Position numbers and translations under genes: made by a program. Below the pieces are notes generated by a model. That model had not been told where the DNA came from. It did not search any database and was given only the letters and a program-made list of their open reading frames with translations. A stretch of 64,000 nt of DNA from an uncultured virus (IMG/VR IMGVR_UViG_2667528152_000001) (lineage: Duplodnaviria > Heunggongvirae > Uroviricota > Caudoviricetes): IMG/VR virus record IMGVR_UViG_2667528152_000001; one strand, 5' to 3'. This document shows positions 29,095 to 37,970 of the stretch, in pieces; positions within the stretch are counted from its first letter, which is position 1, and every line of letters begins with the position of its first letter.

Positions 29095-29259
29095 ACACCC
29101 TATCTCGCCTTTTAGCTACAAAATAACAAGTTTGATAGTAGTTAAAGTTGACGACTAAATAAATAGTCTGTTGGTAAATGATTATCTCTTCTTGCTATTT
29201 TGATAATACTATATTAACACATATTTTTATGTATAAACTATTGTATTACTGTATAAAAA

Positions 29260-29694
29260 CTAGTCAAAAACTCCTTGCTCTACAATCAAAGAGCCCTCCC
29301 TATAAAGCTCTGCAAAAGCCAATAATGCAGCATCTAGCGTGTCATAATAAAAACTCTCTGACATACATAATTCTGTATAAATAACCTTATCTGCATTCTT
29401 GTAAGGAGATAAGTATTTTTCATACAAAATCCTGCGCTTTTCTGGATCCAGTATCATACTAACTGATTGCTCAATTGCTTCTAATTCTTGTTCAGCTGAC
29501 ACACGGTTGAGTGCTAAGCGTTCAACTGGCTTACTAGGAGTTCCATGTGATTGTCTAGGCTCAAAGGAATAAGTGGCTGTCACTTTTTGAGTATCTACAT
29601 CATTAGCGATCCTACGCCAGCGTGGATACTCTCTTAGTTTTCGCTTAGCGTTTGATTTAGTCTTTTGTATATTAATTTCTGGAAAAAACGTCAT
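29260..29694 (-). CDS. ArpU-family late transcriptional regulator
   Basis: TKSNAKRKLREYPRWRRIA, QKVTATYS, RRILYEKYL and ALLAFAELY. Confidence 0.9.
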   Translation of the reverse strand: MTFFPEINIQKTKSNAKRKLREYPRWRRIANDVDTQKVTATYSFEPRQSHGTPSKPVERLALNRVSAEQELEAIEQSVSMILDPEKRRILYEKYLSPYKNADKVIYTELCMSESFYYDTLDAALLAFAELYREGSLIVEQGVFD

Positions 29695-30083
29695 GAAAGC
29701 TCCTCGTATGATATAATAGTTGTACGAATATATATCGAATGGCGCTTTCACGAGCGCTTTTTTATTGTTCTCCTTTCTTTTCTCTGCTGACTTATTTTTG
29801 TTGTTAAATTGTCGAGTATTAAATTTTTAGTTTTGCGTCAGCACTTTATTTGCAGCATTACGCTTGTATAATCATCTGTGAGCGATAACAGACTTTAGAT
29901 TTTTATGAAAAAAATGTCGGAGGATATTTCCCTTTCTAAAAAATTTCGCTCTATAACTAGCAGACTAATTATTCCAAATCTGCTAGCTGACTACTACAGA
30001 AAGTTTCTAAGCTGAGTTTAACGAGAATCCTAGCTCGTACACCCACAGAGCCATTGCAGGCTCTTAGGCGCTTGCGTGGGACT

Positions 30084-30323
30084 TTAATTTGCTTCTGTGT
30101 TTAATAGTTTAAAATGCCAAGTTTCATATTCACCATGATAAACGAAGCCTATAGAGTCTGCGTCAACGATTTTATCGCATACAACATATGCTAAATCAGT
30201 ATTTTTTAAATAATCTTTTTCACCATATTTAACAATAGCAATATCATGTTTTTCACCACTTCTAAAATAATAGCCAGAGGACAAATTATATTTGTCATTG
30301 TTAAAATCATTTGCATATTTTTT
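30084..30323 (-). pseudogene. 3' part of a phage gene split by Tn916 (5' part at 48362-48387)
   Basis: Frame open up to the Tn junction (KKYANDFNNDKYNLSSGYY...); SD plus ATG lie beyond the other Tn end. Confidence 0.75.
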
Positions 30324-30522
30324 AATTTAAAAATAGCATAAAAATCTAGTTATCCGCATAAAAACTGGACTTATCACACTTTATCAAGGTCAAAACCACT
30401 CAATTTACTACTAATTTACTACTTATGAATGAGCTTTGATACGACGATTTATCCTTGAAAAGTGAAGATATAAAGATACTTCCAATAAAATTTGAATATT
30501 TAATAGGTAGACACTTCAAAAA

Positions 30523-30642
30523 ATGAGGTGTCTATTTTTTTACCCGATTTTGAAAGGAAGTGAACTTATGAAAACAAAAAATCAAGAATCAAAAGGTCGT
30601 TCCCCACTCTTTAAGACCATCAAACATTCATTCAGCCAATAA
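30523..30642 (+). CDS. orf24: Tn916 Orf24
   Basis: 39 aa ending MKTKNQESKGRSPLFKTIKHSFSQ. Confidence 0.7.
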   Translation: MRCLFFYPILKGSELMKTKNQESKGRSPLFKTIKHSFSQ

Positions 30643-30664
30643 AAAAGAAAGGATAGGTAAAAAT

Positions 30665-30979
30665 ATGGAACTTAAATTTGTGATTCCCAACATGGAAAAA
30701 ACATTCGGCAATTTAGAATTTGCTGGCGAGGATAAAGTCGTTCAGCGAAGAATCAACGGACGGCTAACTGTCTTATCAAGAAGCTATAATCTCTATTCTG
30801 ATGTTCAAAGAGCAGATGATATTGTGGTGGTGCTTCCTGCTGAAGCTGGCGAAAAACATTTCGGCTTTGAGGAACGTGTGAAGTTAGTCAATCCACGTAT
30901 TACCGCAGAGGGCTACAAAATCGGCACTCGTGGTTTTACAAATTACCTTTTACATGCTGACGACATGATAAAAGAATAA
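30665..30979 (+). CDS. orf23: Tn916 Orf23 (YdcP/DUF961)
   Basis: MELKFVIPNMEKTFGNLEFAG. Confidence 0.93.
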   Translation: MELKFVIPNMEKTFGNLEFAGEDKVVQRRINGRLTVLSRSYNLYSDVQRADDIVVVLPAEAGEKHFGFEERVKLVNPRITAEGYKIGTRGFTNYLLHADDMIKE

Positions 30980-30994
30980 AGAAAGAGAGGAAAA

Positions 30995-31381
30995 ATGATG
31001 AGATTAGCAAATGGCATTGTATTAGATAAAGACACGACTTTTGGAGAATTGAAATTCTCTGCTCTACGTCGTGAAGTGAGAATCCAAAATGAAGACGGGT
31101 CGGTTTCAGATGAAATCAAGGAACGTACCTATGACTTAAAATCCAAAGGACAAGGACGCATGATTCAAGTAAGTATTCCTGCCAGCGTGCCTTTGAAAGA
31201 GTTTGATTATAACGCACGGGTGGAACTTATCAATCCCATTGCGGACACCGTTGCTACTGCCACCTATCAAAGAGCAGATGTTGACTGGTATATCAAGGCA
31301 GACGATATTGTGCTGACAAAGGATTCTAGTTCATTCAAAGCTCAACCACAAGCAAAGAAAGAACCGACACAAGACAAATAG
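30995..31381 (+). CDS. orf22: Tn916 Orf22 (helicase processivity factor-like)
   Basis: MRLANGIVLDKDTTFGELKFS. Confidence 0.93.
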   Translation: MMRLANGIVLDKDTTFGELKFSALRREVRIQNEDGSVSDEIKERTYDLKSKGQGRMIQVSIPASVPLKEFDYNARVELINPIADTVATATYQRADVDWYIKADDIVLTKDSSSFKAQPQAKKEPTQDK

Positions 31382-31409
31382 TCGCTAGGTAGAAAGGAGA
31401 CTTTTTCGC

Positions 31410-32795
31410 ATGAAACAGCGTGGTAAAAGGATTCGCCCATCTGGTAAAGATTTAGTCTTTCATTTTACGATAGCGTCACTCCTGCCTGTTTTCCTGCTGG
31501 TTGTCGGACTGTTTCATGTGAAGACAATCCAGCAGATCAACTGGCAGGATTTTAACCTATCACAAGCAGATAAGATTGACATTCCCTATTTAATTATCAG
31601 TTTCAGTGTCGCAATTCTTATCTGCTTGCTGGTAGCGTTTGTATTCAAACGGGTTCGCTATGATACGGTTAAACAACTTTACCACCGTCAAAAACTGGCA
31701 AAGATGATACTTGAAAACAAGTGGTATGAATCTGAACAGGTCAAAACAGAGGGTTTCTTTAAAGATAGTGCTGGTCGTACAAAGGAAAAGATAACCTACT
31801 TCCCTAAAATGTATTATCGACTTAAAAATGGCTTGATACAGATACGGGTGGAAATCACGCTGGGAAAATATCAAGACCAACTCTTACACTTGGAAAAGAA
31901 ATTAGAGAGTGGCTTGTACTGTGAGCTGACGGATAAAGAGTTAAAGGATTCCTATGTGGAATATACTTTGCTCTATGACACCATAGCCAGTCGTATTTCT
32001 ATTGATGAAGTAGAAGCTAAAGATGGTAAACTTCGCTTAATGAAAAACGTATGGTGGGAATATGATAAGCTCCCTCATATGTTGATTGCTGGTGGTACAG
32101 GTGGCGGTAAAACTTACTTTATACTGACACTGATTGAAGCCTTGCTTCATACAGATTCAAAACTGTATATTCTTGACCCGAAAAATGCTGATCTTGCGGA
32201 CTTAGGTTCTGTGATGGCAAATGTCTACTATAGAAAAGAAGACTTGCTTTCTTGCATTGAAACATTCTATGAAGAAATGATGAAACGTAGTGAGGAAATG
32301 AAGCAGATGAAGAACTATAAGACTGGCAAAAATTATGCTTACTTAGGTCTCCCGGCACACTTCTTAATCTTTGATGAATACGTCGCTTTCATGGAAATGC
32401 TGGGAACAAAAGAAAACACCGCAGTTATGAATAAGCTGAAACAGATTGTCATGTTAGGTCGTCAAGCTGGCTTCTTTCTAATACTGGCTTGTCAACGTCC
32501 AGACGCAAAATATTTAGGCGACGGAATCCGTGATCAGTTTAATTTCAGAGTGGCTTTAGGTCGTATGTCTGAAATGGGCTATGGCATGATGTTTGGCAGT
32601 GACGTACAAAAGGATTTCTTCTTAAAGCGAATCAAAGGTCGTGGCTATGTTGATGTAGGAACAAGTGTCATATCAGAGTTTTATACTCCCCTTGTACCAA
32701 AAGGATATGATTTCTTGGAGGAAATTAAAAAGTTATCCAACAGCAGACAGTCCACGCAGGCGACGTGCGAAGCGGAAGTCGCAGGTGTGGACTGA
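31410..32795 (+). CDS. orf21: Tn916 Orf21 FtsK/SpoIIIE coupling protein
   Basis: GGTGGGKT, LIFDE and LGRQAG. Confidence 0.95.
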   Translation: MKQRGKRIRPSGKDLVFHFTIASLLPVFLLVVGLFHVKTIQQINWQDFNLSQADKIDIPYLIISFSVAILICLLVAFVFKRVRYDTVKQLYHRQKLAKMILENKWYESEQVKTEGFFKDSAGRTKEKITYFPKMYYRLKNGLIQIRVEITLGKYQDQLLHLEKKLESGLYCELTDKELKDSYVEYTLLYDTIASRISIDEVEAKDGKLRLMKNVWWEYDKLPHMLIAGGTGGGKTYFILTLIEALLHTDSKLYILDPKNADLADLGSVMANVYYRKEDLLSCIETFYEEMMKRSEEMKQMKNYKTGKNYAYLGLPAHFLIFDEYVAFMEMLGTKENTAVMNKLKQIVMLGRQAGFFLILACQRPDAKYLGDGIRDQFNFRVALGRMSEMGYGMMFGSDVQKDFFLKRIKGRGYVDVGTSVISEFYTPLVPKGYDFLEEIKKLSNSRQSTQATCEAEVAGVD

Positions 32796-32799
32796 TCTT

Positions 32800-32860
32800 G
32801 CTGGCTGGTGTGGCAATAGCCACGCCAGCACTTAACCCCCCGTATCTAACAGGGGGGTAC
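32800..32860 (+). promoter_or_regulatory. Tn916 oriT/nic region
   Basis: gctggc...gccagc hairpin and ACCCCCC-GTATCTAACA-GGGGGGT (32835-32858) upstream of the relaxase gene. Confidence 0.85.
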
Positions 32861-32972
32861 AAATCGACAGGAAACAGTCAAAAAAACATTAGAAAATCCT
32901 TTGGTTACAAGGGATTTACAAAATTTCAGCGTATGTCAAATGGGCTTTAAAAGTTGACATACGCCTTTTTGA

Positions 32973-34178
32973 TTGGAGGGATTTTTACTGAATGAACAAA
33001 CTTGGTTACAGCATTTAAAAGAAAAACGCTTGGCTTATGGACTATCTCAAAACCGTTTAGCTGTTGCGACTGGTATTACAAGGCAGTATCTAAGCGATAT
33101 TGAAACAGGAAAAGTCAAGCCATCAGAGGATTTACAGCAGTCCCTTTGGGAAGCTCTGGAACGCTTCAATCCCGACGCTCCCCTTGAAATGCTGTTTGAT
33201 TATGTAAGAATTCGCTTTCCGACAACAGACGTACAGCAGGTGGTCGAAAACATCTTACAACTGAAACTGTCCTATTTTCTTCATGAGGACTATGGTTTCT
33301 ATTCTTATTCAGAGCATTATGCTTTAGGCGACATATTCGTCCTTTGCTCCCATGAACTGGACAAAGGAGTTCTGGTGGAATTGAAAGGTCGTGGGTGCAG
33401 ACAATTTGAAAGCTATCTTCTGGCACAACAAAGAAGCTGGTATGAGTTCTTTATGGACGTTTTGGTGGCTGGCGGTGTGATGAAACGCCTTGACCTTGCC
33501 ATTAACGATAAGACAGGGATTTTAAATATCCCTGTACTCACTGAAAAGTGCCAACAGGAAGAATGTATCTCCGTCTTCCGCAGTTTTAAAAGCTATCGCA
33601 GTGGCGAACTGGTACGCAAAGAGGAAAAGGAATGTATGGGAAACACCCTCTATATCGGTTCATTACAAAGTGAAGTTTATTTCTGTATCTATGAAAAGGA
33701 CTACGAGCAGTACAAGAAAAATGATATTCCCATTGAAGACGCAGAAGTAAAAAACCGTTTTGAGATTCGATTGAAAAATGAGCGTGCCTATTATGCAGTC
33801 CGTGATTTACTCGTCTATGACAATCCAGAGCATACCGCCTTTAAAATTATCAATCGGTATATCCGTTTTGTAGATAAAGACGATTCCAAACCTCGTTCTG
33901 ATTGGAAACTGAATGAAGAATGGGCTTGGTTTATTGGGAACAATCGTGAACGATTAAAACTAACCACAAAACCAGAGCCTTACTCCTTCCAAAGGACGCT
34001 GAACTGGCTATCTCATCAAGTTGCCCCGACCTTAAAGGTTGCGATTAAACTTGATGAAATCAACCAGACGCAGGTTGTAAAAGACATTCTCGACCATGCG
34101 AAACTGACAGACCGACACAAGCAGATTTTGAAGCAACAGTCAGTAAAAGAACAGGACGTGATAACAACAAAAAAATAA
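32973..34178 (+). CDS. orf20: Tn916 Orf20 MOBT relaxase
   Basis: N-terminal HTH, RLDLAIND, TLYIGS, IYEKDYEQ and RFEIRL. Confidence 0.95.
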   Translation: MEGFLLNEQTWLQHLKEKRLAYGLSQNRLAVATGITRQYLSDIETGKVKPSEDLQQSLWEALERFNPDAPLEMLFDYVRIRFPTTDVQQVVENILQLKLSYFLHEDYGFYSYSEHYALGDIFVLCSHELDKGVLVELKGRGCRQFESYLLAQQRSWYEFFMDVLVAGGVMKRLDLAINDKTGILNIPVLTEKCQQEECISVFRSFKSYRSGELVRKEEKECMGNTLYIGSLQSEVYFCIYEKDYEQYKKNDIPIEDAEVKNRFEIRLKNERAYYAVRDLLVYDNPEHTAFKIINRYIRFVDKDDSKPRSDWKLNEEWAWFIGNNRERLKLTTKPEPYSFQRTLNWLSHQVAPTLKVAIKLDEINQTQVVKDILDHAKLTDRHKQILKQQSVKEQDVITTKK

Positions 34179-34220
34179 CTCAAATACAAATTCATTGAAT
34201 ATAGAGAGGAGAACATTTTT

Positions 34221-34442
34221 ATGAATTTTGGACAAAACCTTTATAACTGGTTTCTATCAAACGCTCAATCACTGGTGCTTTTAGCAATCGTTGTGATTGG
34301 CTTGTATCTTGGCTTCAAGCGTGAGTTTAGCAAACTGATTGGCTTTTTAATTATTGCGATTATTGCGGTTGGCTTAGTCTTCAACGCTGCTGGAGTAAAA
34401 GACATTTTACTAGAGCTATTCAATCGCATTATTGGTGCTTAA
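34221..34442 (+). CDS. orf19: Tn916 Orf19
   Basis: 73-aa membrane protein MNFGQNLYNWF. Confidence 0.9.
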   Translation: MNFGQNLYNWFLSNAQSLVLLAIVVIGLYLGFKREFSKLIGFLIIAIIAVGLVFNAAGVKDILLELFNRIIGA

Positions 34443-34558
34443 ATAAAACCGTTCTTTTGTGGAATATAAGTGGTTTTCTTATGTTCCGCAAAGGAATGGT
34501 ACACCAAACGAAGTGCGGTAGGGATTTTTGAATCTCTACAAAGAAAGGACGTGAATAT

Positions 34559-35056
34559 ATGGACGATATGCAAGTCTATATTGCGAATTTAGGCAAATAC
34601 AATGAGGGCGAATTGGTCGGTGCGTGGTTTACCTTTCCCATTGACTTTGAGGAAGTCAAAGAGAAAATCGGCTTGAATGATGAATATGAGGAATACGCCA
34701 TTCATGACTACGAGTTACCCTTTACGGTTGACGAATACACTTCCATTGGCGAACTCAATCGACTATGGGAAATGGTATCGGAATTACCCGAAGAATTACA
34801 ATCGGAGCTATCTGCTCTGCTCACTCATTTTTCAAGCATTGAAGAACTAAGCGAACATCAAGAGGATATTATCATTCATTCCGATTGTGATGATATGTAT
34901 GACGTGGCACGCTACTACATTGAAGAAACGGGTGCTTTAGGCGAAGTACCAGCTAGTCTTCAAAACTATATTGATTATCAAGCCTATGGTCGGGATTTAG
35001 ACCTTTCAGGAACGTTTATCTCAACCAATCATGGGATTTTTGAAATCGTCTATTAA
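34559..35056 (+). CDS. ardA: ArdA antirestriction protein (Orf18)
   Basis: VYIANLGKYNEGELVGAW and YIDYQAYGRDL; highly acidic. Confidence 0.95.
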   Translation: MDDMQVYIANLGKYNEGELVGAWFTFPIDFEEVKEKIGLNDEYEEYAIHDYELPFTVDEYTSIGELNRLWEMVSELPEELQSELSALLTHFSSIEELSEHQEDIIIHSDCDDMYDVARYYIEETGALGEVPASLQNYIDYQAYGRDLDLSGTFISTNHGIFEIVY

Positions 35057-35144
35057 ATCTGTCGGTACATTACTACTGGCAGATTTTCTATTTTACGGGG
35101 TGGCTCAATCAGCTACCCCTATTTTTTATGAAAGGATTGATTAC

Positions 35145-35537
35145 ATGAAGAAAATACGAAGCTATACCAGTATCTGGTCTGTGGAAAAGGTACTGTATTC
35201 TATCAATGATTTTAGACTTCCGTTTCCCATAACCTTTACGCAAATGACATGGTTTGTCGTGTCACTCTTTGCAGTGATGATACTTGGCAACTTGCCCCCT
35301 CTTTCCATGATAGAGGGAGCATTTCTCAAATACTTTGGGATTCCTGTGGCTTTCACATGGTTTATGTCTACAAAAACTTTTGATGGTAAAAAGCCTTATG
35401 GATTTTTGAAGTCTGTCATTGCTTATGCACTGCGACCAAAGCTGACCTATGCAGGAAAAAAAGTAACGCTTGGCAGAAACCAGCCACAAGAAGCCATTAC
35501 AGCAGTTAGGAGTGAATTTTATGGCATATCCAATTAA
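35145..35537 (+). CDS. orf17: Tn916 Orf17 (TcpE-like)
   Basis: MKKIRSYTSIWSVEKVLY. Confidence 0.9.
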   Translation: MKKIRSYTSIWSVEKVLYSINDFRLPFPITFTQMTWFVVSLFAVMILGNLPPLSMIEGAFLKYFGIPVAFTWFMSTKTFDGKKPYGFLKSVIAYALRPKLTYAGKKVTLGRNQPQEAITAVRSEFYGISN

Positions 35538-37968
35538 ATACATTGAAAACAATCTCGTCTGGAATAAAGACGGGGAATGTTATGCTTACTATGAGCTTGT
35601 TCCTTACAATTACTCATTTCTAAGTCCAGAACAGAAAATACAAGTGCATGATTCTTTCAGACAGCTTATCGCACAAAATCGTGATGGCAAAATTCATGCT
35701 TTACAAATCAGTACAGAATCCAGCATACGTTCTGCACAAGAGCGTTCCAAAAATGAAGTCACTGGCAAGCTCAAAGCGGTTGCCTATGACAAAATCGACC
35801 AACAGACAGACGCTTTAATATCCATGATTGGCGAAAATCAAGTGAACTACCGTTTCTTTATCGGCTTTAAGTTGCTTCTCAACGATCAGGAGTTTTCTAT
35901 GAAAAGTCTTACCGTTGAAGCAAAAAATGCTTTGTCTGATTTTGTCTATGATGTGAACCATAAGCTGATGGGCGATTTTGTTAGTATGAGTAATGATGAA
36001 ATCCTGCGTTTTCAGAAGATGGAAAAGCTCTTAGAAAATAAAATCTCTCGTCGTTTCAAAATCCGCAGGTTAGATAAGGACGACTTCGGCTATCTGATTG
36101 AACACCTTTACGGACAGACAGGCACTGCCTATGAAGAGTATGAGTACCATCTATCAAAGAAAAAGCTGGATAATGAAACGCTGATTAAATACTATGACTT
36201 GATTAAGCCTACTCGCTGTTTGGTGGAAGAAAAACAGCGATATTTGAAAATCCAGCAGGAAGATGAAACCGTCTATGTAGCTTACTTTACCATTAACAGC
36301 ATTGTCGGAGAACTGGACTTCCCGTCCTCTGAAATCTTCTACTACCAGCAACAGCAATTTACATTCCCGATTGATACGTCAATGAATGTGGAAATTGTAG
36401 CGAATCGTAAAGCCCTATCTACTGTCCGCAATAAAAAGAAAGAACTGAAAGACTTGGATAACCACGCTTGGCAAAGTGATAATGAAACCAGCTCCAATGT
36501 GGCGGAAGCTCTGGAAAGTGTGAATGAGCTGGAAACCAATTTAGACCAAAGCAAGGAATCTATGTACAAGCTGTCTTATGTGGTAAGGGTATCAGCAAAT
36601 GATCTTGACGAACTCAAACGTCGTTGTAATGAAGTGAAAGATTTTTATGACGATTTAAGCGTAAAACTGGTACGACCATTTGGGGATATGCTCGGCTTAC
36701 ATGAAGAATTTTTACCTGCCAGCAAGCGTTATATGAATGATTATATTCAATACGTGACCTCTGATTTCCTCGCTGGTTTAGGTTTTGGTGCTACTCAAAT
36801 GCTGGGGGAAAATGAGGGGATTTATGTTGGCTACAGCTTAGATACTGGACGCAATGTCTATCTGAAACCTGCTCTTGCCAGTCAAGGGGTTAAGGGTTCA
36901 GTAACCAATGCGTTAGCGTCGGCTTTTGTTGGTTCGCTGGGTGGTGGTAAATCCTTTGCGAATAACCTTATCGTCTATTATGCGGTGCTTTATGGGGCAC
37001 AAGCAGTGATTGTAGACCCAAAAGCAGAACGTGGCAGATGGAAAGAAACCTTGCCAGAGATTTCCCATGAAATCAATATCGTCACTCTGACTTCTGATGA
37101 GAAAAACAAAGGCTTACTTGACCCTTATGTGATTATGAAAAATCCCAAAGATTCTGAATCACTGGCTATTGATATTCTGACATTCCTTACGGGGATTTCC
37201 TCTCGTGATGGGGAACGCTTCCCAATCCTTAGAAAAGCCATTCGTGCAGTAACCAATAGTGAAGTACGAGGGTTGATGAAAGTGATTGAGGAATTACGGG
37301 TTGAGAATACGCCACTAAGTACCAGTATAGCCGACCATATCGAAAGTTTTACAGACTATGACTTTGCACATTTATTATTCAGTAATGGTTATGTGGAGCA
37401 GTCTATCAGCTTAGAAAAACAACTGAACATTATACAGGTTGCGGACTTGGTACTTCCCGACAAGGAAACTTCCTTTGAGGAATATACCACTATGGAGCTT
37501 TTATCCGTTGCTATGCTGATTGTCATTAGTACCTTTGCTTTAGACTTTATCCATACAGACCGAAGCATTTTCAAGATTGTAGATTTAGACGAAGCATGGA
37601 GCTTTTTACAGGTAGCACAAGGAAAAACACTATCTATGAAGCTGGTTCGGGCTGGTCGTGCTATGAACGCTGGGGTATATTTCGTGACCCAAAATACAGA
37701 CGACCTCTTAGATGAAAAACTGAAAAATAACCTCGGCTTAAAATTTGCATTTCGTTCCACTGACCTTAACGAGATTAAAAAGACCTTAGCCTTTTTTGGT
37801 GTAGACCCAGAGGACGAAAACAATCAGAAGCGATTGCGTGATTTGGAAAACGGGCAATGCCTTATCAGTGATTTATATGGTCGTGTCGGTGTGATACAGT
37901 TCCACCCTGTATTTGAAGAACTGCTCCATGCCTTTGATACCAGACCACCTGTGCGAAAAGAGGTGTAA
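35521..37968 (+). CDS. orf16: Tn916 Orf16 VirB4-like ATPase
   Basis: GSLGGGKS and DLDEAW. Confidence 0.95.
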   Translation: MAYPIKYIENNLVWNKDGECYAYYELVPYNYSFLSPEQKIQVHDSFRQLIAQNRDGKIHALQISTESSIRSAQERSKNEVTGKLKAVAYDKIDQQTDALISMIGENQVNYRFFIGFKLLLNDQEFSMKSLTVEAKNALSDFVYDVNHKLMGDFVSMSNDEILRFQKMEKLLENKISRRFKIRRLDKDDFGYLIEHLYGQTGTAYEEYEYHLSKKKLDNETLIKYYDLIKPTRCLVEEKQRYLKIQQEDETVYVAYFTINSIVGELDFPSSEIFYYQQQQFTFPIDTSMNVEIVANRKALSTVRNKKKELKDLDNHAWQSDNETSSNVAEALESVNELETNLDQSKESMYKLSYVVRVSANDLDELKRRCNEVKDFYDDLSVKLVRPFGDMLGLHEEFLPASKRYMNDYIQYVTSDFLAGLGFGATQMLGENEGIYVGYSLDTGRNVYLKPALASQGVKGSVTNALASAFVGSLGGGKSFANNLIVYYAVLYGAQAVIVDPKAERGRWKETLPEISHEINIVTLTSDEKNKGLLDPYVIMKNPKDSESLAIDILTFLTGISSRDGERFPILRKAIRAVTNSEVRGLMKVIEELRVENTPLSTSIADHIESFTDYDFAHLLFSNGYVEQSISLEKQLNIIQVADLVLPDKETSFEEYTTMELLSVAMLIVISTFALDFIHTDRSIFKIVDLDEAWSFLQVAQGKTLSMKLVRAGRAMNAGVYFVTQNTDDLLDEKLKNNLGLKFAFRSTDLNEIKKTLAFFGVDPEDENNQKRLRDLENGQCLISDLYGRVGVIQFHPVFEELLHAFDTRPPVRKEV

Positions 37969-37970
37969 AT

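Noticed and set aside
29723..29730. Perfect CIN box TACGAATA
   Set aside because: It points into a terminator with no gene downstream; an 8-mer can occur by chance in AT-rich DNA.
28972..30082. 9-bp inverted repeat gtcccacgc/gcgtgggac around arpU
   Set aside because: It does not extend beyond 9 bp, and one arm is already used in a local hairpin.
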